From positions 37,895 through 101,894 of the forward strand of contig FIZI01000005.1 in the NCBI GenBank assembly GCA_900016865.1: a DNA stretch of 64,000 bases, written 5' to 3'. Every line of letters starts with the position of its first letter. The first letter of the stretch is position 1. A program made the translations under genes and the position numbers. A model generated the notes under the pieces. It made no database searches. It was given only the letters and a program-made list of their open reading frames with translations, and had not been told where the DNA came from. Source of the DNA: an uncultured Clostridia bacterium. GTDB taxonomy: Bacteria > Bacillota > DTU014. Below are positions 1 to 9,745 of this stretch, one piece after another.

Positions 1-36
1 GCAAACGGCAGCTCAGGCAGACAGCCTTCTCGAGTC

Positions 37-426
37 ATGCTCGTAGCGTCATACGTAAAGCGCCTCAGCTCAGAGAGATTCCAAGTAGTAGTTGAGTTGA
101 AGCTAGGAGACAAGCCCATCACCGGCAGCAGCGACGGCACAGTTGGACACGAGTCTGTACAACAAGTGTCTGCATCTGCTACCGTCAACGCTCTGTCCAC
201 ACTGCTTCCTGGAGCCCAGATCGCAGCTCAGATTCAGGTGATCGGCAGCTACTGCATAGCCGACATAGTGATGACTGATGAGGAAAACCCACACGGACTG
301 AATTTAGTCGGTGCGGTCAAGTTCACGGGAGATATCCCCTGGGATGTCTCCCGTGCTGTCTTAAAGGCCCTTAACCGGAAGCTAAGTCTAGCTATTGTTG
401 ACTACGCTGAAGCGGTTTCGCCTTAG
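37..426 (+). CDS. hypothetical protein. The reading frame is open to the window edge, so it is possibly 5'-truncated.
   Basis: 129-aa ORF with no upstream stop before position 1. No motif that I can assign confidently; a weak SpoVS/Alba-like pattern (AAQIQVIGS) was considered and not accepted. Confidence 0.3.
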   Translation: MLVASYVKRLSSERFQVVVELKLGDKPITGSSDGTVGHESVQQVSASATVNALSTLLPGAQIAAQIQVIGSYCIADIVMTDEENPHGLNLVGAVKFTGDIPWDVSRAVLKALNRKLSLAIVDYAEAVSP

Positions 427-565
427 TGACCTGACTTGCTACTACCAAAGCACTGTTGGGAGTCAATTGGAGCCTTAGCGGTTTTAGCCAAGCCAAGCGA
501 AAGAGACCCCGTTTTAGACAAGCAAAGCCGACGCTTCGAATACCAATCACATGGAGGTGCGGCAA

Positions 566-661
566 ATGAAGAAGGGGTTCTTCGCAGTGATCGTCGCCGT
601 GGTGCTTCAGCTAGTTGCTGTCGCCACAGCTTTCGCTGATACCATTCAAATAGTCCGGTAA
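566..661 (+). CDS. small hydrophobic peptide (31 aa), candidate membrane/leader peptide
   Basis: ATG at 566 is preceded by GGAGGTG (554-560) at 5-nt spacing. Translation is MKKGFFAVIVAVVLQLVAVATAFADTIQIVR, which is TM-like. It lies just upstream of the HD-GYP gene and is not in the ORF track (<60 aa). Confidence 0.25.
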   Translation: MKKGFFAVIVAVVLQLVAVATAFADTIQIVR

Positions 662-695
662 GGCTAACAGCTAGGCTTTAGGGAGATGTAGGGCG

Positions 696-2000
696 ATGAG
701 CGACAGACGACGTTTAGCCACTCTGGTTCTTGGGGCCATCGGCCTGCTGACCATTATCTTGTTGGCGGTCGCTGATGGGATCCAGTCGTCACTCTGGCGA
801 GTAGTGCTACACACCGTGCTGTTGCTCATCGCCTCCTCGTCTCCTGTGCCCGTTGGAAATGTAAGAATATCCCTTCTGTTCCCAGTCCTGCTTCCGGCCA
901 TTGTGACTCAACAGCCAGTAACTGCTTCGGTTATAGGCGCTTTGGGTTCCATTCAGAAGGCCCAAATAGAGTCTGGCATAGATCTCTTGGTGGCTAATCG
1001 GGCGCTTGTCGGCGTCCCTACCCTGGTTGCTTCTGCGCTTTACCACGCAATAGCGAGAGGTGCTGACTTGTGGTCTCTACGGAGCCTAGTCTCGATGGTG
1101 GTAAGTGCCTATGTATATACCCTAACAAACCACCTCTTGGGGATTGGGCTGGTAAGAATCCAGAAAATGAAGCAGGAACTGCCTGTGTTCTCACTCATGG
1201 TTCGCAATCTGAGCTCTTTTGCGTTTTCTCTATTGCTAGGTTTGCTACTAACGTTTGTGTACACCATTAGCGAAGCGTTCTTCGCAGTGCTGGTAATACT
1301 CTTTTACCTCAACAGAGAAACGCTGTATGCCAACATAATGAACCAAAACCTATACACGCAAATCATCAATGCGATGGTGAAAGTGATTGAGAACGTTGAC
1401 CCTTATACGAAGGGTCATTCGGAACGAGTTGCGGCATACTGCCAGGCGATCGGAAAAGAGCTTGGCATGCGGCCACTTCAGCTCAACCGCCTCCATCTCA
1501 TCGCAATGCTTCACGACCTGGGAAAACAGTCTGTGCCTGCAGAAATACTGCGCAAGAAAGGCACACTGACAGAGGAAGAATTCGCGTTGGTGAAGCTGCA
1601 CCCGCAAACGGGAGCAGATACGCTCAAGGGAATCTCTCTGTTCACCCCAGACCAACTAGGAGCAATTAGCGAGCACCACGAGAGATGGGACGGCACAGGT
1701 TATCCGAAAGGTCTGTCAGGCGAAGATATCAACCTGTGGGCCAGGATCATTGCAGTCGCAGATGCGTTCGATGCCATGACCACTGACAGACCGTATAGGC
1801 CGGCAATCACGCCAGATGCAGCTCTCCGCGAACTCCAGCTTGGAGCAGGATCGCAATTCGACCCTAGATTGGTGGCTATATTTGCGTCAGCCTATAACAC
1901 GTCTTCAGTAGTACAAGAGGCTCTTAAGTCAAGACTTGAGCCTCAACCCAATCCATCGTTTGATGCAAACCACGAGCAGGCAGATCCTTTATCCTATTGA
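696..2000 (+). CDS. membrane-anchored HD-GYP domain phosphodiesterase (c-di-GMP hydrolase family)
   Basis: N-terminal ~220 aa carry multiple hydrophobic helices. The C-terminal HD domain has HDLGK and HHERWDGTGYP motifs (HD...GYP signature). Confidence 0.85.
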   Translation: MSDRRRLATLVLGAIGLLTIILLAVADGIQSSLWRVVLHTVLLLIASSSPVPVGNVRISLLFPVLLPAIVTQQPVTASVIGALGSIQKAQIESGIDLLVANRALVGVPTLVASALYHAIARGADLWSLRSLVSMVVSAYVYTLTNHLLGIGLVRIQKMKQELPVFSLMVRNLSSFAFSLLLGLLLTFVYTISEAFFAVLVILFYLNRETLYANIMNQNLYTQIINAMVKVIENVDPYTKGHSERVAAYCQAIGKELGMRPLQLNRLHLIAMLHDLGKQSVPAEILRKKGTLTEEEFALVKLHPQTGADTLKGISLFTPDQLGAISEHHERWDGTGYPKGLSGEDINLWARIIAVADAFDAMTTDRPYRPAITPDAALRELQLGAGSQFDPRLVAIFASAYNTSSVVQEALKSRLEPQPNPSFDANHEQADPLSY

Positions 2001-2174
2001 ACCAATGACTCAACGCATTTCCAGTTGTTTGATCATGTCGCAATTAGTGCCTTGACAGTGAGCTGCTCCAGTTGTATATCGCTGAAGCCAGCGGTTGTCC
2101 AAAAGTGTCGCCCTGGCACAACCTGTTTTCATCAGTCTGATCGGCTTGGAGACACTAATTGCGGAGGTGTTTCA

Positions 2175-2336
2175 GTGGCCAAGTTGATGTCAGATCGGTT
2201 CAAGTACGAGCTGGCAAGAGAACTGGGATTTGCACACAAAGTTCAAAACGGCGACTGGGGAAACATCACTACTCGTGAAGCAGGATTGCTGGTAAAGGCT
2301 GCTATTAACAAAGCCCAACAGGCGATGCGTCGGTAA
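2175..2336 (+). CDS. alpha/beta-type small acid-soluble spore protein (SASP)
   Basis: The C-terminal 50 aa (MSDRFKYELARELGFAHKVQNGDWGNITTREAGLLVKAAINKAQQA) match the conserved SASP core (KYEIA.E.G ... T.R..G.V...LV..A). The SD GGAGGTG at 2163-2169 favours a GTG 2175 or ATG 2187 start, so the track ORF from 2025 is over-extended. Confidence 0.8.
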   Translation: MAKLMSDRFKYELARELGFAHKVQNGDWGNITTREAGLLVKAAINKAQQAMRR

Positions 2337-2343
2337 GATCGAA

Positions 2344-2381
2344 GAGACACTGGCCCGCAGTTTGCAGGGCCAGTGTCTCTT
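2344..2381. terminator. 14-bp GC-rich inverted repeat (agagacactggccc/gggccagtgtctct) between convergent SASP and DUF4139 genes
   Basis: Perfect stem with a 10-nt loop seen directly in the sequence. The U-tract is weak on both strands, so it may be a bidirectional terminator or stabiliser. Confidence 0.5.
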
Positions 2382-2413
2382 TCTGAGAACCCGGCTACTT
2401 CATCAAGCTTCCA

Positions 2414-3883
2414 CTACCAGGTGAACATAGCCTCGTAAGTTACATCCACTTGAGAGTTTGCAGGGACTTCTACAACAAACGACACAGTATTGGCGTCTAT
2501 CTTCGTATACTCGTGGCTGCTCTGCAAGATCTCGTAGTCTCCATACAATGACTCGACAACTTGGATCTCCACGGTCTCGTCTTTATGATTTCTTAGTTCG
2601 ATTCTGAACGCGTCTTTCCGCGAGTTGGATCCAACTCTTGTCGTGCTGACATTGATCCTCTTGCCTGTTACATCAAAAGCATCGCCAATATAGAGGGTGA
2701 TCTCCTCATCCTTGGGTGTATGGTCAATCGAGTCCTCGCCTACGAACTCAAGGCTGCCATCTACATCGGCTTTGTTGACTCTGACCCTACCCTCAGGTAG
2801 AGGCATGCCCATGTTGTTTTCCTTGGAGTTCTCCAACTTAAGAACCACTTTTACATTTTCCGAGTATGAGTAAGGCTGTGTATACCCGGGAATCCTGCCA
2901 AACACGTATTGCTTCTTAACCGGGATTCCGGACACTGACAACAACTGAATCTGCTTAGTCTGGTTGTTCTTTACAGTGGTCGGGAACTCGAGTTTATAAA
3001 GGTGATATTCAAATAGAGATCTCTCCTCAAAGGACTCCGGAGCAGGACTCGCTGTCCTTCCGACGGCCATGAGGTCGTAGTACACGACCTTGTCCGCAAC
3101 TCGGTGTACATCGCCCGCAACCAGCTTGAGTTCGGCATTTTCAAACTCTACACCGCTATTATTGGTTATCGTAACCCAACCAGTCAGGTCGGCAGTCTTG
3201 TCGTCGTCGCCAAGCGTCAGGACGTAGTCCGCAGACCACGACAGGCCTCCGGTGAGATAGGAGACTTCCATCTCGTGATCAGTCTGATCAGAAGTATTGA
3301 TCATGTTCCAGACCAAGGTCGGCTTCATCACAAGTCCTTCGGGCAGGCTTGGATACCTTATAACTTCGATCTCGCTTCTCGCTATAGAAGTGATCGATCC
3401 GCCGAACGGCCTATCGGCGAGGATCAAGCTCCCACCGCTGGTAGGGACGTTGATCAGATAACCGGCATACTCGGTCCCATCTTTTGTGCGGACCTCGATG
3501 TGCTGACCTAGGAACTTTGATAGCAGCTTGTCGCCGCTTACTGTATCGTACTCGTAGTTTTGTTCGAGGATCCTTATGCTGCCCTCCTCAGTCAACGACC
3601 TGAGGATCACAGACGTCGCGTCTATTCTAGACGGTATGTCAGTAAAGGAGAGAACCGAGTTTCCCAATGGCACTGTTAGAACCCGCACGTCTCTGACGAG
3701 AGCGAGGTTGTCGTTGTATATGGTTAGAAATAGCTTCCTGCCAGTGGGTGCATATGTGTCATCTGTGCCTTCAACAGACGGATTTGTCTGGGCTGCAAAC
3801 ACACTCCCGGCGAGGAGACTTGCGACAATGACTACAGCTGCCAGTATCGCGGGAGTTTTCCAACAAGCTTTCATATAACGCAT
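2414..3883 (-). CDS. secreted DUF4139/DUF4140-family protein (MuiA-like), signal peptide
   Basis: 489 aa with an N-terminal signal peptide (AILAAVVIVASLLAGSVFAAQT). Overall architecture resembles TIGR02231/DUF4139 proteins. The family call is from memory only. Confidence 0.5.
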   Translation of the reverse strand: MRYMKACWKTPAILAAVVIVASLLAGSVFAAQTNPSVEGTDDTYAPTGRKLFLTIYNDNLALVRDVRVLTVPLGNSVLSFTDIPSRIDATSVILRSLTEEGSIRILEQNYEYDTVSGDKLLSKFLGQHIEVRTKDGTEYAGYLINVPTSGGSLILADRPFGGSITSIARSEIEVIRYPSLPEGLVMKPTLVWNMINTSDQTDHEMEVSYLTGGLSWSADYVLTLGDDDKTADLTGWVTITNNSGVEFENAELKLVAGDVHRVADKVVYYDLMAVGRTASPAPESFEERSLFEYHLYKLEFPTTVKNNQTKQIQLLSVSGIPVKKQYVFGRIPGYTQPYSYSENVKVVLKLENSKENNMGMPLPEGRVRVNKADVDGSLEFVGEDSIDHTPKDEEITLYIGDAFDVTGKRINVSTTRVGSNSRKDAFRIELRNHKDETVEIQVVESLYGDYEILQSSHEYTKIDANTVSFVVEVPANSQVDVTYEAMFTW

Positions 3884-4045
3884 GCCCTCACACCTTTCGT
3901 TCAGCGTTTGACGGTCTCACTCAAACTGGACGAATAACCTGGTAGGAGGTTCCCCAAGCTTTGATTTCTAGCAGTACATATTTATGGAAACATCTAGACG
4001 AGCCGCACCGGTTCTTCGATCACCTAAGACAAGTCGATCGATCGA

Positions 4046-5077
4046 TCACTCAACTCTGTCTGCATCATTTGCCTGAGGTTCATCGATCTCATCTGCAGAC
4101 TCCGGCTTTGGCGCTGAAATGAATGTCCCGATATTTCTGAACTTCTCGTACCTCTGTCGGACTAATTCATCGGGGCTGAGACTCGAAAACTGGGATAATG
4201 CGCGTATCAGAGACTCCCTGAGATTCTTGGCAGTACCTTCTCGATCCCTGTGTGCGGCACCACCGGACTCAGGCACGATCTCGTCGATGATTCCAAGGCG
4301 CAGCAGATCATCCGAAGTGAACTTAAGCACCTCGGCTGCTTCCTGCCACCTGCTACCATCTCTCCAGATTATCGCGGCGCACGACTGCGGTGGGCAAACA
4401 GAATAGATGGCGTTCTCCAACATGAGCACCTTGTTCGCTACTCCCAAGGCAAGAGCACCGCCACTACCTCCCTCGCCTGTCACAGCAGCGATCACGGGAA
4501 CCGGCAGTCGCGACATCTCTAGGAGGTTCTGAGCTATAGCTTCGGCTTGCCCTCGCTCCTCTGCTCCGGAGCCTGGGTAAGCTGCAGGAGTGTCGATCAG
4601 TGTGATGATTGGGCGGTTGAACTTGGCAGCCTGCTTCATCAGCCTGAGGGCTTTCCTGTAGCCTTCAGGATACGGCATACCAAAATTTCTCTTGATATTC
4701 TCCTTGGTATCTCGCCCCTTTTGGGTACCAATGACAGTGACAGGCATCCCCTCTAAAAAGGCAATGCCACCGACTACTGACGGATCATCGCGAAATGCCC
4801 TGTCACCGTGGAGCTCGATGAAGTCAGTAAATATACAGGATATGTAGTCCAGTGTAAACGGGCGGCCAGGATGCCGGGCCAACTGGTAGCGCTGGGACGG
4901 GGAGAGATTCTTGAATATTTCATCCCGCAGGCGTTCCGCCCGTGCCTCCAATGCGGCGAGCTCATCAGAAACATCAAACTGCCGCTCACCAACGAAGTTT
5001 CTAAGCTCCTGTATGCGCTTTTCAAGCTCAATGAGAGGCCGTTCAAAGTCAAGGGTAAAGTCACTGGCCATCTGCAA
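4046..5077 (-). CDS. accA: acetyl-CoA carboxylase carboxyltransferase alpha subunit
   Basis: ARHPGRPFTLDYI, PVTVIGTQKGRDTKENIKRNFGMP and PAAYPGSGAEERGQAEAIA motifs. The start overlaps the accD stop by 17 nt (translational coupling). Confidence 0.95.
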   Translation of the reverse strand: MQMASDFTLDFERPLIELEKRIQELRNFVGERQFDVSDELAALEARAERLRDEIFKNLSPSQRYQLARHPGRPFTLDYISCIFTDFIELHGDRAFRDDPSVVGGIAFLEGMPVTVIGTQKGRDTKENIKRNFGMPYPEGYRKALRLMKQAAKFNRPIITLIDTPAAYPGSGAEERGQAEAIAQNLLEMSRLPVPVIAAVTGEGGSGGALALGVANKVLMLENAIYSVCPPQSCAAIIWRDGSRWQEAAEVLKFTSDDLLRLGIIDEIVPESGGAAHRDREGTAKNLRESLIRALSQFSSLSPDELVRQRYEKFRNIGTFISAPKPESADEIDEPQANDADRVE

Positions 5078-6095
5078 CGCCCCTCTCAGTTGCAGTGTCC
5101 GCCCCCAAGTCTACCTCCTGCAAGGCTGCGTTCGACTGCGACTCTACAGCAGTGGCCTCCGAACTAGCAGCCGCATCGTCCAACTGGCCCAGTATAGGGC
5201 CTTCGCTGTTCTCAGCGCCCTCACGCTCGAGTGCTGAATCCTCTCGTTCAACCAAATGGAGGTCCAACAGCTTGCTCAAGGTCTGTTTCAGCGACTTCCT
5301 CTCTACGATCATGTCTATCAAGCCATGTTCCAGCATGAACTCAGCTGTCTGAAACCCCTCGGGCAGCCGTTCTCCTGTCTGTTCGATAGTGCGGCGCCCC
5401 GCAAAGCCAATGGCAGCACGCGGCTCGGCTATGATTATGTCTCCCAACCATCCAAAACTGGCACTGACTCCACCATAGGTCGGACTCGTCAACACCGATA
5501 TGTACAGAAGACTCTCGTCATGCAGACGCGACAAGACGGCACTGGTCTTTGCCATCTGCATCAGAGAAAGCATGCCCTCGTGCATCCGGGCTCCGCCTGA
5601 AGTGGAGACGATTATGAGCGGCAGTCTACGCTCAACAGCGGCCTCGACAGCCAATGCAATGCGCTCTCCCTCCATGGACCCCATCGTAGCTCCAATGAAC
5701 CCAAAGTCCATGCACACCAGAACCACTCTGTGTCCATCGAGCAAGCCAATGCCTGACAAGACAGCGCAGTCAAGGCCTGTCTCCTCTTGAGCACGCTCTA
5801 TCCTCTCATCGTAGTTGGGGAATTCCAAAACATTGTAGAAGACAGTTTGGTCAATCAGCTCCTCAAATGTACCCTCATCGATAAGCTGACACACCCGCTC
5901 AGGCGCTGAAACTCTGAAGTGGAATCCGCAACGGACACAAACCATCAGGTTTTTCTTGAGTTCCTTGTTATAGATGATCTGCCCACAGCCTTCACACTTG
6001 GTCCAGAGCCCTCCGGGTATCGCCCTGGTTGCCTCCGATTCGCGAGGCCTCAGTGTCGCATATCTATGCTTGCTACGAAACAGACTGTTCAGCAT
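5061..6095 (-). CDS. accD: acetyl-CoA carboxylase carboxyltransferase beta subunit with N-terminal Zn ribbon and C-terminal acidic extension
   Basis: CEGCGQIIY...CVRCGFHF zinc ribbon followed by a full AccD core (GGARMHEGMLSLMQMAKTS, FAGRRTIEQT). Confidence 0.95.
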   Translation of the reverse strand: MLNSLFRSKHRYATLRPRESEATRAIPGGLWTKCEGCGQIIYNKELKKNLMVCVRCGFHFRVSAPERVCQLIDEGTFEELIDQTVFYNVLEFPNYDERIERAQEETGLDCAVLSGIGLLDGHRVVLVCMDFGFIGATMGSMEGERIALAVEAAVERRLPLIIVSTSGGARMHEGMLSLMQMAKTSAVLSRLHDESLLYISVLTSPTYGGVSASFGWLGDIIIAEPRAAIGFAGRRTIEQTGERLPEGFQTAEFMLEHGLIDMIVERKSLKQTLSKLLDLHLVEREDSALEREGAENSEGPILGQLDDAAASSEATAVESQSNAALQEVDLGADTATERGVADGQ

Positions 6096-6110
6096 CTATT
6101 GTCCTCCCTC

Positions 6111-6128
6111 GTGAGTGTGCGCACTCAC
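6111..6128. promoter_or_regulatory. perfect palindrome GTGAGTG-TGCG-CACTCAC abutting the accD Shine-Dalgarno sequence
   Basis: Seen in sequence. It lies 3 nt from the GGGAGG SD of accD and directly downstream of the DUF2007 gene stop. It could be an RBS-proximal hairpin or a protein operator. Confidence 0.3.
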
Positions 6129-6156
6129 AGGCAGCGAGACAGCCGAGTAGGGTGTA

Positions 6157-6351
6157 TCAAAGCTTCTCGTCCAACACCTGCTGGGCCTCTTCAGCCTCAG
6201 ACTCAAGGACAAGCACTTCAATACTGCCTGATTCGCCTTGGCTTGACCCGCCCATGGGTCTCAATCGGACCATTATGCCCTCAGCCTCGAGGACCGACCT
6301 AACTTGTTGAGCATTGACATCATCGAGTGCTACATGGACTACTGTCCACAT
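6157..6351 (-). CDS. small DUF2007-like protein (putative signal-transducing protein)
   Basis: 64 aa, acidic. Its position upstream of accDA is conserved in some Firmicutes. Low-complexity similarity only. Confidence 0.4.
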   Translation of the reverse strand: MWTVVHVALDDVNAQQVRSVLEAEGIMVRLRPMGGSSQGESGSIEVLVLESEAEEAQQVLDEKL

Positions 6352-6640
6352 CTTCTGTCATACCCCTTCCGCGATCACCGACAAATGTGCGCAAATACAG
6401 CAAAACCTGTTTTCAAATCCCTTAAGGTATTATATCCACAGGCCCTTTGCTATAGAGCCCGGTGCATGGACAGTAGTGTCATTCTACCTGTACGCTGCAT
6501 TTCCTGCACTTGGCGACAATCCTGGAGCCGACAGAGTCTGGCCCTTGGCCTATATACACTATGATGGGTTAGCGCAATACAGCACCAACCCATCTGAATT
6601 ATACCACACTTGAGAACGGCAGTGCTTTGGATCTGGATGG

Positions 6641-6770
6641 CTCCACATGTATATAGCATCTGATTTGCGTATATGGGTAAATGTAAACGACGAGAAAAAA
6701 TCTCGTCGTATGTTGGACACCGCATACGGGTTCGATGTACTACTAGTGCAACTGCATCCAATATATGCAA
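6641..6770. repeat. copy 1 of a ~125-nt conserved intergenic element (candidate sRNA/REP-like repeat)
   Basis: About 75% identical to 51361-51485 and, as reverse complement, to 15364-15484. Shared blocks are ctccacatRtatat, gtatatgg, aaacgacgagaaaaaatc, accgcatacg and tgcatccaatat. A perfect hairpin acgacgaga-aaaaa-tctcgtcgt is present. Confidence 0.6.
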
Positions 6771-6843
6771 ATCACATCTGTGCAGGTTTATCTCTCGACT
6801 CCTACTCGCTATTCAGTCCGTGATTCTGGCTCCGTGAGCTGTC

Positions 6844-7734
6844 TCATTTGCTGTGCGCCACATCAGGTCTAGCCACCAGCTGGGCCTTTAGCGACGAGAC
6901 CAATGCCCCAACGGCCTCGAGGGCTTCTCGCTCGCCCCCATTGCCGCCCTTGCAAACCTTGTCAGAGATCGTACTCACGATAACGCTTCCGACTATGACC
7001 GCGTCAGCAAGAGCACCGGCTTTTGCTGCTGTGAGTGGATCGCCGACGCCAAACCCCACTGCCACAGGGATGTCCGTCCTGGCTCTCACTCTGCCGACCA
7101 AGTCAGTCACCTCAGCCGGCAATTCGGCTCTGACACCTGTTACACCAGTTGTTGATACACAGTATACGAACCCCGATCCTCCTTTGAGTATCGCTTCAAC
7201 CCTGCGGTCGTCACATGTAGGAGAGACCATTGGGATCAGGGAAATCGCTCCGGGCCTCTTGGCCGCGGAGGTGATTCGCTCAAGCGGATCCTGTATCAAA
7301 TGCCTTTCCTCTACAGGGAGATCAGGTACTACTAGTCCGTCAATTCCTACTCTTAGGCAGTCCTCTAGGAATCTGTCTATGCCGTACCTATAGAGGGTGT
7401 TGATGTAGACAAGCAGGACCAGAGGATTGGAGTAGCCTTCAGACCGGACCCTAGAGACTGCTTCAAATACGTCCCGTGTTTTCATTCCGCTCAGTATTGC
7501 CTGAGTATTGGCATTCTGAATGACCGGGCCGTCTGCCAGTGGGTCAGAAAATGGAACACCGAGTTCAACAACATCTGACCCGGCATCAAACATCCGCTTT
7601 ATCACCTCTACCGTGAAGTCGACTGATGGATATCCGGCAGTGACAAAGGTGATCAACGCCTTCTCGCCGTTTTGCAAACCTGCACGGATATGCTCTTCGA
7701 TCCTGGATCTCGTTAATTGCAGGCGCGTCTTCAT
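6844..7734 (-). CDS. trpA: tryptophan synthase alpha chain
   Basis: [25 protein letters not shown] motif. It is the last gene of the trp operon and overlaps the trpB stop by 4 nt. Confidence 0.95.
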   Translation of the reverse strand: MKTRLQLTRSRIEEHIRAGLQNGEKALITFVTAGYPSVDFTVEVIKRMFDAGSDVVELGVPFSDPLADGPVIQNANTQAILSGMKTRDVFEAVSRVRSEGYSNPLVLLVYINTLYRYGIDRFLEDCLRVGIDGLVVPDLPVEERHLIQDPLERITSAAKRPGAISLIPMVSPTCDDRRVEAILKGGSGFVYCVSTTGVTGVRAELPAEVTDLVGRVRARTDIPVAVGFGVGDPLTAAKAGALADAVIVGSVIVSTISDKVCKGGNGGEREALEAVGALVSSLKAQLVARPDVAHSK

Positions 7735-8960
7735 ACTGTCATCTCCCCGATCTTCGAATCCTGGCTTCTAATGATATCCTGTACGTCCTTGTCACCCCGT
7801 CCACTTAGGTTGACAATGACTATGCTCTCTTTTGGCATGCTTTGCGCCATCTTCACCGCATAGGACACCGCATGTGAACTCTCAAGGGCAGGTATGATAC
7901 CCTCCAACCTACTCAATGTGCGGAAGGCGGATACTGCCTCGTCATCAGTAACAGCTACATACTTCGCCCGTCCGGTGTCGTGAAGCATACAGTGCTCCGG
8001 CCCTACTCCCGGATAGTCAAGCCCTGCTGCGATCGAATGCGTTCCGGTGATCTGGCCGTCCTCGTCGCACAGGAGGTATTGAAACGACCCGTGAAGGATC
8101 CCTTTCGTTCCACCAGATATGGATGCAGCATGCTTGTTGGTCGCAAGCCCAAGGCCCCCGGCTTCTACTCCGATCAACTGCACATCCTTATCCGGAATAA
8201 AGGCGTGGAACGCCCCGATTGCATTGCTGCCTCCGCCAACGCATGCTACCACCGCATCAGGCAACCGTTTCTCCTGATCCAGGATCTGTTGCCTGGCTTC
8301 CCTTCCTATGACTGATTGAAACTCACGCACTATTAGTGGGTAGGGATGTGGCCCTGCTGCAGAGCCGACTGCGTAATGGGTGTTGCGGACATTCGTTACC
8401 CAGTCGCGAATCGCTTCGTTCATCGCATCCTTTAGTGTGCTGGTGCCAGAAGAAACGGAACGCACCTCTGCTCCGAGGAGCTTCATACGGTAGACATTTA
8501 ACGACTGCCTCTTGATGTCTTCGGCACCCATATAGATACAGCACTCAATGCCAAATAGGGCGGCAGCTGTAGCTACTGCTACGCCGTGCTGTCCCGCACC
8601 GGTCTCAGCGATTACCCGGCTTTTTCCGAGGCGCCTTGCGATGAGCATCTGCCCGATGGCATTGTTGATCTTGTGCGCCCCCGTATGGTTTAGGTCTTCT
8701 CGCTTGAGGTATATGCGTGCACCACCGCACTCGGCTGTCAGTCTTTCTGCGAAGTACAGAGGTGTAGGCCGCCCGCAATACGTTGTGAGGTAGTGATCCA
8801 ATTCTGCAACGAAACTGGGATCGTCCTTCAGGCGGCCAAACGCTTCTATGAGTTCGTGAAGAGCCGGAATGACGGTCTCTGGGACGAACATGCCCCCATA
8901 CTCGCCAAAACGGCCTGTCTCAGTTGGCTCTGAGTTGCCCCAAGCGAAGCCGGCTCCCAT
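7731..8960 (-). CDS. trpB: tryptophan synthase beta chain
   Basis: [25 protein letters not shown] and GGGSNAIG motifs. The track start 9113 would overlap trpF by 98 nt. The internal ATG 8960 ([23 protein letters not shown]) gives a typical N-terminal length. Confidence 0.9.
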   Translation of the reverse strand: MGAGFAWGNSEPTETGRFGEYGGMFVPETVIPALHELIEAFGRLKDDPSFVAELDHYLTTYCGRPTPLYFAERLTAECGGARIYLKREDLNHTGAHKINNAIGQMLIARRLGKSRVIAETGAGQHGVAVATAAALFGIECCIYMGAEDIKRQSLNVYRMKLLGAEVRSVSSGTSTLKDAMNEAIRDWVTNVRNTHYAVGSAAGPHPYPLIVREFQSVIGREARQQILDQEKRLPDAVVACVGGGSNAIGAFHAFIPDKDVQLIGVEAGGLGLATNKHAASISGGTKGILHGSFQYLLCDEDGQITGTHSIAAGLDYPGVGPEHCMLHDTGRAKYVAVTDDEAVSAFRTLSRLEGIIPALESSHAVSYAVKMAQSMPKESIVIVNLSGRGDKDVQDIIRSQDSKIGEMTV

Positions 8961-9015
8961 CTCGGGCCCGCGCACCGCACCAGTTGCCGTTGCCCTGACC
9001 TCTGCTTCTCTTCCA

Positions 9016-9717
9016 CTATTCAATCCGATCAATCCTCCCCTGGTTGCTCTCAACGCCTCGAACTTCCAAGACCGCCGATGCGACTTTCTGTCTGTCCTTT
9101 TTGCCGGGTTCATTCTCGACTGCAGAGTTTAGATCCACCATATCCGGCCCGACCGCCTCAACACAGCGGCCTACATTGCCAGGGCCGAGTCCTCCGGCAA
9201 TCGCCAGGCCTCTAAAGCCGTATCCCGGGCTACGCAGCCCCAGCTCGTCCATAGCTGCGCGCAACGCTGCAGCTTTCGGCCAATTCGCCAATTGGCCGGT
9301 TCCACCTAGCTTGCCTTTCTTGTAAGCATCCACTAGCAAGTATGATACGTTCGGCAACTGCGCTATACCCAGTACCTCATCTAATGAGCAATTCTCTGTC
9401 AACCGCACAGCTTTGATCACACGCAGATTGCCAAGCTTACTGATATATTCTTGATCCTCAAAACCGTGCAACTGAACATAGTCAAGGCTGCAGCGCGCAG
9501 CTATCGACTGGATTTCCTCCACGTGCTGGTCTGCAAACACCCCCACCAACCGTGCATAGCCCAAGACCGCCTTTGAGATGTCTACACCTTGCTGCAGCGA
9601 GATCCTCCTAGGGCCGCCAACAAAATTCAGTCCAATCAGATCAACTCCTTCAGCGACACAGGCTAAAGCATCGTCTGGACTTGTTATCCCGCAGACCTTG
9701 ACTAAGACTGCTGACAC
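9016..9717 (-). CDS. trpF: phosphoribosylanthranilate isomerase
   Basis: [13 protein letters not shown] at the N-terminus, a QLHG motif and a ~30-aa C-terminal extension. Confidence 0.9.
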   Translation of the reverse strand: MSAVLVKVCGITSPDDALACVAEGVDLIGLNFVGGPRRISLQQGVDISKAVLGYARLVGVFADQHVEEIQSIAARCSLDYVQLHGFEDQEYISKLGNLRVIKAVRLTENCSLDEVLGIAQLPNVSYLLVDAYKKGKLGGTGQLANWPKAAALRAAMDELGLRSPGYGFRGLAIAGGLGPGNVGRCVEAVGPDMVDLNSAVENEPGKKDRQKVASAVLEVRGVESNQGRIDRIE

Positions 9718-9745
9718 AGCCCATCATGCCTCCTAGACTGTTTTC

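Noticed and set aside
37-426. SpoVS or BMC-shell assignment for the first ORF
   Set aside because: Only short, patchy resemblance (AAQIQVIGS, LVGAVK). The ORF may be a C-terminal fragment of a longer protein starting outside the window.
6450-6770. Track ORFs overlapping the intergenic repeats (6450-6770, 51289-51528, 15373-15639)
   Set aside because: The repeats are conserved at the nucleotide level, but the overlapping ORFs are in different frames and orientations. No RBS is present, so they are non-coding.
6641-6770. Repeat as a tRNA, tmRNA or CRISPR array
   Set aside because: No cloverleaf or T-loop GGTTCGANTCC motif. No short direct repeats with spacers. Only three dispersed copies of a ~125-nt unit.
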